From: the human T2T-CHM13v2.0 reference genome, Homo sapiens
Reading direction: 5' to 3' (one strand)
Length of the DNA: 64,000 bases
NCBI RefSeq assembly: GCF_009914755.1
Contig: NC_060936.1
This document shows positions 53,601-64,000 of this stretch, piece after piece. Both the position numbers and the translations under genes were made by a program. The notes beneath the pieces are model-generated. The model was not told where the DNA came from. It searched no databases and worked only from the letters and a program-made list of their open reading frames with translations. Position 1 is the stretch's first letter. Every line of letters begins with the position of its first letter.

Positions 53601-56600
53601 GTTTAACATCTGCTCTTCTAAAGGAAAGTTCAACTCTATGAGTTGAATACACACAGCACAAAGAAGTTACTGAGACTTCTCCTATCAAACACTATATGAA
53701 GAAATCCCGTTTCCAACGAAGGCCTCAAAGAGGTCCAAATATCTGCTTGCAGACTTTACAGACAGAGTGTTTCCAAACTGCTCCATCAAAAGAAAGGTTA
53801 AACTCCTTGAGTTGAACACACACATCACAAAGTAGTTTCTGTGAATGATTCTGTCTAGTTTTTATACGAAGATGTTTCCTTTTCTACCTTTGGTCTCAAA
53901 GCGATTGAAATCTCCACATGGAAACTCCACAAAAAGAGTGTTTCAAATCTGCTCTTTCTGAAGGAAGGTTCAACTCTGTGAGTTGAATACGCACACCACA
54001 AATAAGTTACTGAGAATTCTTCTGTGTAACATTATATGAGGAAATCCCGTTTCCAACGAAGGCCTCAAAGAGGTCCAAATATCCACTTGCAGACTTTACA
54101 AAGACAGTGTCTCCAAACTCCTCCATCAAAAGAAAGGTTATACTCTGTGAATTGAACGCACACATCACAAAGTAGTTTCTGAGAATGATTCTGTCTAGTT
54201 CTTATACGAAGATATTTCCTTTTCTACATTTGGCCTAAAAGCGCTTGAAATCTCCACCTGCAAATATCACAAAAAGAGGGTTTCACATCTGCTCTGTCTA
54301 AAGGACAGTTCACCTCTGTGAGTTGAATAGAGGCAACACAAAGAACTTACTCAGTATTCTTCTTTCTAGCGTTCTATGAAGAAATCCCGTTTCCAACGAA
54401 GGCCTCAAAGAGGTCAAATATCTGCTTGCAGACTTTACAGACAGAGTGTTTCCAAACTACTCTATGAAAAGAAAGCTTAAACTCCTTGAGTTGAACGCAC
54501 ACATCACAAAGTAGTTTCTGAGAATGATTCTGTCTAGTTTTTATACGAAGATGTTTCCTTTTCTACATTTGGTCTCAAAGCGATTGAAATCTCCAACTGG
54601 AAACTGCACAAATAGGCTGTTTCAAATCTGCTCTGTCTAAAGGAAGGTTCAGCTCTGTGAGTTGAATACACACACCACAAATAAGTTACTGAGAATTCTT
54701 CTGTCGAACATTACAGGAAGAAATCCCGTTTCCAACGAAGGCCTCAAAGAGGTCCAAATATCCACTTGCAGACATTACAAACAGTGTGTTTCCCAACTGC
54801 TCCATCAAAAGAAAGGTTAAACTCTGTGAGCTGAACACACACATCAAAAAGAAGTTTCTGTGAATGATTCTGTCTAGATTTTATAAGAAGATGTTTCCTT
54901 TTCTACCGTAGGCCTCAAAGCGCTTGAAATCTCCAGCTGCAAATTCCACAAAAAGGGTGTTTAACATCTGCTCTTCTAAAGGAAAGTTCAACTCTATGAG
55001 TTGAATACACACAGCACAAAGAAGTTACTGAGACTTCTCCTATCAAACATTATATGAAGAAATCCCGTTTCCAACGAAGGCCTCAAAGAGGTCCAAATAT
55101 CTGCTTGCAGACTTTACAGACAGAGTGTTTCCAAACTGCTCCATCAAAAGAAAGGTTAAACTCCTTGAGTTGAACACACACATCACAAAGTAGTTTCTGT
55201 GAATGATTCTGTCTAGTTTTTATACGAAGATGTTTCCTTTTCTACCTTTGGTCTCAAAGCGATTGAAATCTCCACATGGAAACTCCACAAAAAGAGTGTT
55301 TCAAATCTGCTCTTTCTGAAGGAAGGTTCAACTCTGTGAGTTGAATACACACACCACAAATAAGTTACTGAGAATTCTTCTGTGTAACATTATATGAGGA
55401 AATCCCGTTTCCAACGAAGGCCTCAAAGAGGTCCAAATATCCACTTGCAGACTTTACAAAGACAGTGTCTCCAAACTCCTCCATCAAAAGAAAGGTTATA
55501 CTCTGTGAATTGAACGCATACATCACAAAGTAGTTTCTGAGAATGATTCTGTCTAGTTTTTATACGAAGATATTTCCTTTTCTACATTTGGCCTAAAAGC
55601 GCTTGAAATCTCCACCTGCAAATATCACAAAAAGAGGGTTTCACATCTGCTCTGTCTAAAGGACAGTTCACCTCTGTGAGTTGAATAGAGGCAACACAAA
55701 GAACTTACTCAGTATTCTTCTTTCTAGCATTCTATGAAGAAATCCCGTTTCCAACGAAGGCCTCAAAGAGGTCCAAATATCTGCTTGCAGACTTTACAGA
55801 CAGAGTTTTTCCAAACTGCTCCATCAAAAGAAAGGTTAAACTCCTTGAGTTGAACACACACATCACAAAGTAGTTTCTGTGAATGATTCTGTCTAGTTTT
55901 TATACGAAGATGTTTCCTTTTCTACCTTTGGTCTCAAAGCGATTGAAATCTCCACATGGAAACTCCACAAAAAGAGTGTTTCAAATCTGCTCTTTCTGAA
56001 GGAAGGTTCAACTCTGTGAGTTGAATACGCACACCACAAATAAGTTACTGAGAATTCTTCTGTGTAACATTATATGAGGAAATCCCGTTTCCAACGAAGG
56101 CCTCAAAGAGGTCCAAATATCCACTTGCAGACTTTACAAAGACAGTGTCTCCAAACTCCTCCATCAAAAGAAAGGTTATACTCTGTGAATTGAACGCACA
56201 CATCACAAAGTAGTTTCTGAGAATGATTCTGTCTAGTTTTTATACGAAGATATTTCCTTTTCTACATTTGGCCTAAAAGCGCTTGAAATCTCCACCGGCA
56301 AATATCACAAAAAGAGGGTTTCACATCTGCTCTGTCTAAAGGACAGTTCACCTCTGTGAGTTGAATAGAGGCAACACAAAGAACTTACTCAGTATTCTTC
56401 TTTCTAGCGTTCTATGAAGAAATCCCGTTTCCAACGAAGGCCTCAAAGAGGTCAAATATCTGCTTGCAGACTTTACAGACAGAGTGTTTCCAAACTACTC
56501 TATGAAAAGAAAGCTTAAACTCCTTGAGTTGAACGCACACATCACAAAGTAGTTTCTGAGAATGATTCTGTCTAGTTTTTATACGAAGATGTTTCCTTTT

Positions 56601-59600
56601 CTACATTTGGTCTCAAAGCGATTGAAATCTCCAACTGGAAACTGCACAAATAGGCTGTTTCAAATCTGCTCTGTCTAAAGGAAGGTTCAGCTCTGTGAGT
56701 TGAATACACACACCACAAATAAGTTACTGAGAATTCTTCTGTCGAACATTACAGGAAGAAATCCCGTTTCCAACGAAGGCCTCAAAGAGCTCCAAATATC
56801 CACTTGCAGACATTACAAACAGTGTGTTTCCCAACTGCTCCATCAAAAGAAAGGTTAAACTCTGTGAGCTGAACACACACATCAAAAAGAAGTTTCTGTG
56901 AATGATTCTGTCTAGATTTTATAAGAAGATGTTTCCTTTTCTACCGTAGGCCTCAAAGCGCTTGAAATCTCCAGCTGCAAATTCCACAAAAAGGGTGTTT
57001 AACATCTGCTCTTCTAAAGGAAAGTTCAACTCTATGAGTTGAATACACACAGCACAAAGAAGTTACTGAGACTTCTCCTATCAAACATTATATGAAGAAA
57101 TCCCGTTTCCAACGAAGGCCTCAAAGAGGTCCAAATATCTGCTTGCAGACTTTACAGACAGAGTGTTTCCAAACTGCTCCATCAAAAGAAAGGTTAAACT
57201 CCTTGAGTTGAACACACACATCACAAAGTAGTTTCTGTGAATGATTCTGTCTAGTTTTTATACGAAGATGTTTCCTTTTCTACCTTTGGTCTCAAAGCGA
57301 TTGAAATCTCCACATGGAAACTCCACAAAAAGAGTGTTTCAAATCTGCTCTTTCTGAAGGAAGGTTCAACTCTGTGAGTTGAATACACACACCACAAATA
57401 AGTTACTGAGAATTCTTCTGTGTAACATTATATGAGGAAATCCCGTTTCCAACGAAGGCCTCAAAGAGGTCCAAATATCCACTTGCAGACTTTACAAAGA
57501 CAGTGTCTCCAAACTCCTCCATCAAAAGAAAGGTTATACTCTGTGAATTGAACGCACACATCACAAAGTAGTTTCTGAGAATGATTCTGTCTAGTTTTTA
57601 TACGAAGATATTTCCTTTTCTACATTTGGCCTAAAAGCGCTTGAAATCTCCACCGGCAAATATCACAAAAAGAGGGTTTCACATCTGCTCTGTCTAAAGG
57701 ACAGTTCACCTCTGTGAGTTGAATAGAGGCAACACAAAGAACTTACTCAGTATTCTTCTTTCTAGCATTCTATGAAGAAATCCCGTTTCCAACGAAGGCC
57801 CCAAAGAGGTCCAAATATCTGCTTGCAGACTTTACAGACAGAGTTTTTCCAAACTGCTCCATCAAAAGAAAGGTTAAACTCCTTGAGTTGAACACACACA
57901 TCACAAAGTAGTTTCTGTGAATGATTCTGTCTAGTTTTTATAAGAAGATGTTTCCTTTTCTACCTTTGGTCTCAAAGCGATTGAAATCTCCACATGGAAA
58001 CTCCTCAAAAAGAGTGTTTCAAATCTGCTCTTTCTGAAGGAAGGTTCAACTCTGTGAGTTGAATACACACACCACAAATAAGTTACTGAGAATTCTTCTG
58101 TGTAACATTATATGAGGAAATCCCGTTTCCAACGAAGGCCTCAAAGAGGTCCAAATATCCACTTGCGGACATTACAAACAGTGTGTTTCCCAACTGCTCC
58201 ATCAAAAGAAAGGTTAAACTCTGTGAGCTGAACACACACATCAAAAAGAAGTTTCTGTGAATGATTCTGTCTAGATTTTATAAGAAGATGTTTCCTTTTC
58301 TACCGTAGGCCTCAAAGCGCTTGAAATCTCCAGCTGCAAATTCCACAAAAAGGGTGTTTAACATCTGCTCTTCTAAAGGAAAGTTCAACTCTATGAGTTG
58401 AATACACACAGCACAAAGAAGTTACTGAGACTTCTCCTATCAAACATTATATGAAGAAATCCCGTTTCCAACGAAGGCCTCAAAGAGGTCCAAATGTCTG
58501 CTTGCAGACTTTACAGACAGAGTGTTTCCAAACTGCTCCATCAAAAGAAAGGTTAAACTCCTTGAGTTGAACACACACATCACAAAGTAGTTTCTGAGAA
58601 TGATTCTGTCTAGTTTTTATACGAAGATGTTTCCTTTTCTACATTTGGTCTCAAAGCGATTGAAATCTCCAACTGGAAACTGCACAAATAGGCTGTTTCA
58701 AATCTGCTCTGTCTAAAGGAAGGTTCAGCTCTGTGAGTTGAATACACACACCACAAATAAGTTACTGAGAATTCTTCTGTCGAACATTACAGGAAGAAAT
58801 CCCGTTTCCAACGAAGGCCTCAAAGAGCTCCAAATATCCACTTGCAGACATTACAAACAGTGTGTTTCCCAACTGCTCCATCAAAAGAAAGGTTAAACTC
58901 TGTGAGCTGAACACACACATCAAAAAGAAGTTTCTGTGAATGATTCTGTCTAGATTTTATAAGAAGATGTTTCCTTTTCTACCATAGGCCTCAAAGCGCT
59001 TGAAATCTCCAGCTGCAAATTCCACAAAAAGGGTGTTTAACATCTGCTCTTCTAAAGGAAAGTTCAACTCTATGAGTTGAATACACACAGCACAAAGAAG
59101 TTACTGAGACTTCTCCTATCAAACATTATATGAAGAAATCCCGTTTCCAACGAAGGCCTCAAAGAGGTCCAAATATCTGCTTGCAGACTTTACAGACAGA
59201 GTGTTTCCAAACTGCTCCATCAAAAGAAAGGTTAAACTCCTTGAGTTGAACACACACATCACAAAGTAGTTTCTGTGAATGATTCTGTCTAGTTTTTATA
59301 CGAAGATGTTTCCTTTTCTACCTTTGGTCTCAAAGCGATTGAAATCTCCACATGGAAACTCCACAAAAAGAGTGTTTCAAATCTGCTCTTTCTGAAGGAA
59401 GGTTCAACTCTGTGAGTTGAATACGCACACCACAAATAAGTTACTGAGAATTCTTCTGTGTAACATTATATGAGGAAATCCCGTTTCCAACGAAGGCCTC
59501 AAAGAGGTCCAAATATCCACTTGCAGACTTTACAAAGACAGTGTCTCCAAACTCCTCCATCAAAAGAAAGGTTATACTCTGTGAATTGAACGCACACATC

Positions 59601-62600
59601 ACAAAGTAGTTTCTGAGAATGATTCTGTCTAGTTTTTATACGAAGATATTTCCTTTTCTACATTTGGCCTAAAAGCGCTTGAAATCTCCACCTGCAAATA
59701 TCACAAAAAGAGGGTTTCACATCTGCTCTGTCTAAAGGACAGTTCACCTCTGTGAGTTGAATAGAGGCAACACAAAGAACTTACTCAGTATTCTTCTTTC
59801 TAGCGTTCTATGAAGAAATCCCGTTTCCAACGAAGGCCTCAAAGAGGTCAAATATCTGCTTGCAGACTTTACAGACAGAGTGTTTCCAAACTACTCTATG
59901 AAAAGAAAGCTTAAACTCCTTGAGTTGAACGCACACATCACAAAGTAGTTTCTGAGAATGATTCTGTCTAGTTTTTATACGAAGATGTTTCCTTTTCTAC
60001 ATTTGGTCTCAAAGCGATTGAAATCTCCAACTGGAAACTGCACAAATAGGCTGTTTCAAATCTGCTCTGTCTAAAGGAAGGTTCAGCTCTGTGAGTTGAA
60101 TACACACACCACAAATAAGTTACTGAGAATTCTTCTGTCGAACATTACAGGAAGAAATCCCGTTTCCAACGAAGGCCTCAAAGAGGTCCAAATATCCACT
60201 TGCAGACATTACAAACAGTGTGTTTCCCAACTGCTCCATCAAAAGAAAGGTTAAACTCTGTGAGCTGAACACACACATCAAAAAGAAGTTTCTGTGAATG
60301 ATTCTGTCTAGATTTTATAAGAAGATGTTTCCTTTTCTACCGTAGGCCTCAAAGCGCTTGAAATCTCCAGCTGCAAATTCCACAAAAAGGGTGTTTAACA
60401 TCTGCTCTTCTAAAGGAAAGTTCAACTCTATGAGTTGAATACACACAGCACAAAGAAGTTACTGAGACTTCTCCTATCAAACATTAATGAAGAAATCCCG
60501 TTTCCAACGAAGGCCTCAAAGAGGTCCAAATATCTGCTTGCAGACTTTACAGACAGAGTGTTTCCAAACTGCTCCATCAAAAGAAAGGTTAAACTCCTTG
60601 AGTTGAACACACACATCACAAAGTAGTTTCTGTGAATGATTCTGTCTAGTTTTTATACGAAGATGTTTCCTTTTCTACCTTTGGTCTCAAAGCGATTGAA
60701 ATCTCCACATGGAAACTCCACAAAAAGAGTGTTTCAAATCTGCTCTTTCTGAAGGAAGGTTCAACTCTGTGAGTTGAATACACACACCACAAATAAGTTA
60801 CTGAGAATTCTTCTGTGTAACATTATATGAGGAAATCCCGTTTCCAACGAAGGCCTCAAAGAGGTCCAAATATCCACTTGCAGACTTTACAAAGACAGTG
60901 TCTCCAAACTCCTCCATCAAAAGAAAGGTTATACTCTGTGAATTGAACGCACACATCACAAAGTAGTTTCTGAGAATGATTCTGTCTAGTTTTTATACGA
61001 AGATATTTCCTTTTCTACATTTGGCCTAAAAGCGCTTGAAATCTCCACCTGCAAATATCACAAAAAGAGGGTTTCACATCTGCTCTGTCTAAAGGACAGT
61101 TCACCTCTGTGAGTTGAATAGAGGCAACACAAAGAACTTACTCAGTATTCTTCTTTCTAGCATTCTATGAAGAAATCCCGTTTCCAACGAAGGCCCCAAA
61201 GAGGTCCAAATATCTGCTTGCAGACTTTACAGACAGAGTTTTTCCAAACTGCTCCATCAAAAGAAAGGTTAAACTCCTTGAGTTGAACACACACATCACA
61301 AAGTAGTTTCTGTGAATGATTCTGTCTAGTTTTTATAAGAAGATGTTTCCTTTTCTACCTTTGGTCTCAAAGCGATTGAAATCTCCACATGGAAACTCCT
61401 CAAAAAGAGTGTTTCAAATCTGCTCTTTCTGAAGGAAGGTTCAACTCTGTGAGTTGAATACACACACCACAAATAAGTTACTGAGAATTCTTCTGTGTAA
61501 CATTATATGAGGAAATCCCGTTTCCAACGAAGGCCTCAAAGAGGTCCAAATATCCACTTGCGGACATTACAAACAGTGTGTTTCCCAACTGCTCCATCAA
61601 AAGAAAGGTTAAACTCTGTGAGCTGAACACACACATCAAAAAGAAGTTTCTGTGAATGATTCTGTCTAGATTTTATAAGAAGATGTTTCCTTTTCTACCG
61701 TAGGCCTCAAAGCGCTTGAAATCTCCAGCTGCAAATTCCACAAAAAGGGTGTTTAACATCTGCTCTTCTAAAGGAAAGTTCAACTCTATGAGTTGAATAC
61801 ACACAGCACAAAGAAGTTACTGAGACTTCTCCTATCAAACATTATATGAAGAAATCCCGTTTCCAACGAAGGCCTCAAAGAGGTCCAAATGTCTGCTTGC
61901 AGACTTTACAGACAGAGTGTTTCCAAACTGCTCCATGAAAAGAAAGGTTAAACTCCTTGAGTTGAACACACACATCACAAAGTAGTTTCTGTGAATGATT
62001 CTGTCTAGTTTTTATACGAAGATGTTTCCTTTTCTACCTTTGGTCTCAAAGCGATTGAAATCTCCACATGGAAACTCCTCAAAAAGAGTGTTTCAAATCT
62101 GCTCTTTCTGAAGGAAGGTTCAACTCTGTGAGTTGAATACACACACCACAAATAAGTTACTGAGAATTCTTCTGTGTAACATTATATGAGGAAATCCCGT
62201 TTCCAACGAAGGCCTCAAAGAGGTCCAAATATCCACTTGCAGACTTTACAAAGACAGTGTCTCCAAACTCCTCCATCAAAAGAAAGGTTATACTCTGTGA
62301 ATTGAACGCACACATCACAAAGTAGTTTCTGAGAATGATTCTGTCTAGTTTTTATACGAAGATATTTCCTTTTCTACATTTGGCCTAAAAGCGCTTGAAA
62401 TCTCCACCTGCAAATATCACAAAAAGAGGGTTTCACATCTGCTCTGTCTAAAGGACAGTTCACCTCTGTGAGTTGAATAGAGGCAACACAAAGAACTTAC
62501 TCAGTATTCTTCTTTCTAGCGTTCTATGAAGAAATCCCGTTTCCAACGAAGGCCTCAAAGAGGTCAAATATCTGCTTGCAGACTTTACAGACAGAGTGTT

Positions 62601-64000
62601 TCCAAACTACTCTATGAAAAGAAAGCTTAAACTCCTTGAGTTGAACGCACACATCACAAAGTAGTTTCTGAGAATGATTCTGTCTAGTTTTTATACGAAG
62701 ATGTTTCCTTTTCTACATTTGGTCTCAAAGCTCTTGAAATCTCCAACTGGAAACTGCACAAATAGGCTGTTTCAAATCTGCTCTGTCTAAAGGAAGGTTC
62801 AACTCTGTGAGTTGAATACACACACCACAAATAAGTTACTGAGAATTCTTCTGTCGAACATTACTTGAAGAAATCCCGTTTCCAACGAAGGCCTCAAAGA
62901 GGTCCAAATATCCACTTGCAGACGTTACAAACAGAGTGTTTCCAAACTGCTCCATCAAAAGAAAGGTTAAACTCTGTGAGCTGAACACACACATCAAAAA
63001 GAAGTTTCTGTGAATGATTCTGTCTAGATTTTATAAGAAGATGTTTCCTTTTCTACCGTAGGCCTCAAAGCGCTTGAAATCTCCAGCTGCAAATTCCACA
63101 AAAAGGGTGTTTAACATCTGCTCTTCTAAAGGAAAGTTCAACTCTATGAGTTGAATACACACAGCACAAAGAAGTTACTGAGACTTCTCCTATCAAACAT
63201 TATATGAAGAAATCCCGTTTCCAACGAAGGCCTCAAAGAGGTCCAAATATCTGCTTGCAGACTTTACAGACAGAGTGTTTCCAAACTGCTCCATCAAAAG
63301 AAAGGTTAAACTCCTTGAGTTGAACACACACATCACAAAGTAGTTTCTGTGAATGATTCTGTCTAGTTTTTATACGAAGATGTTTCCTTTTCTACCTTTG
63401 GTCTCAAAGCGATTGAAATCTCCACATGGAAACTCCACAAAAAGAGTGTTTCAAATCTGCTCTTTCTGAAGGAAGGTTCAACTCTGTGAGTTGAATACAC
63501 ACACCACAAATAAGTTACTGAGAATTCTTCTGTGTAACATTATATGAGGAAATCCCGTTTCCAACGAAGGCCTCAAAGAGGTCCAAATATCCACTTGCAG
63601 ACTTTACAAAGACAGTGTCTCCAAACTCCTCCATCAAAAGAAAGGTTATACTCTGTGAATTGAACGCATACATCACAAAGTAGTTTCTGAGAATGATTCT
63701 GTCTAGTTTTTATACGAAGATATTTCCTTTTCTACATTTGGCCTAAAAGCGCTTGAAATCTCCACCTGCAAATATCACAAGAAGAGGGTTTCACATCTGC
63801 TCTGTCTAAAGGACAGTTCACCTCTGTGAGTTGAATAGAGGCAACACAAAGAACTTACTCAGTATTCTTCTTTCTAGCATTCTATGAAGAAATCCCGTTT
63901 CCAACGAAGGCCTCAAAGAGGTCCAAATATCTGCTTGCAGACTTTACAGACAGAGTTTTTCCAAACTGCTCCATCAAAAGAAAGGTTAAACTCCTTGAGT
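50649..64000. repeat. Mosaic of 4-, 8-, 12- and 16-mer HOR variants with hybrid dimers
   Basis: Dimer order: AB | ABCD'(C/A)B | ABCD | ABCD'CD | ABCD'(C/A)B | ABCD | ABCD'(C/A)BCD | ABCD'... A boxes at 50649, 51328, 53366, 54724, 56762, 58800, 60158 and 62874. Confidence 0.88.

Larger units (their letters stand above)
1..64000 (-). repeat. Alpha satellite higher-order repeat array (SF1-like dimeric, 8-mer ~1.36 kb HOR; probably human chr12 D12Z3)
   Basis: Continuous ~170-bp monomers, alternately carrying TCCCGTTTCCAACGAAG (reverse complement of the CENP-B box CTTCGTTGGAAACGGGA) and TTCCTTTTCTACC/ATT. Four distinct dimers recur every 1359 bp (box A at 56, 1415, ...). The alpha satellite call is essentially certain. 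The chr12/D12Z3 assignment is from memory of the 8-mer SF1 HOR, about 0.75; D10Z1 is the other SF1 8-mer. Confidence 0.99.

Noticed and set aside
60428-60626. Overlapping antiparallel 63-aa ORFs
   Set aside because: Both arise from the one-off 1-bp deletion at ~60486 and are not a bidirectional gene.
56-63909. Regularly spaced conserved motif resembling a CRISPR repeat
   Set aside because: The intervening sequences are themselves ~340-bp repeats, not unique spacers. The motif is the CENP-B box, and there are no cas genes.
1-64000. Transposon insertion, inversion or non-satellite island
   Set aside because: Box spacing and orientation are uninterrupted through the window. I saw no poly-A tail, Alu/L1 sequence or strand switch.

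Overview
The whole window is primate (human-type) centromeric alpha satellite: about 376 head-to-tail ~170-bp monomers in one orientation, with the CENP-B box reading on the - strand. I see no genes, transposon insertions or inversions. The basic unit is an 8-monomer higher-order repeat (HOR) of 1358-1359 bp, made of four ~340-bp dimers. I label the dimers by the sequence just before each CENP-B box: A 'ctgtcgaacattac', B 'cctatcaaacatta', C 'ctgtgtaacattatatgagg', D 'ctttctagcgttct'. A CENP-B box occurs in every other monomer. The dimeric layout and box context fit suprachromosomal family 1. The 8-mer best matches my recollection of the chromosome 12 live array D12Z3, which I could not check against a database. 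All ORF-track hits are satellite artefacts, and I found no protein-coding novel system. The interesting signal is the array's internal architecture. It contains nested tandem duplications (1019, 2716, 3396, 5434 and 9508 bp periods). It switches from pure 8-mers to a strict 8+12-mer (20-mer) super-repeat at ~33.7-50.6 kb, then to a 4/8/12/16-mer mosaic built from hybrid monomers. All junctions keep the ~340-bp CENP-B box spacing. About ten CENP-B boxes have lost an essential base, and several short patches look like inter-monomer gene conversion.
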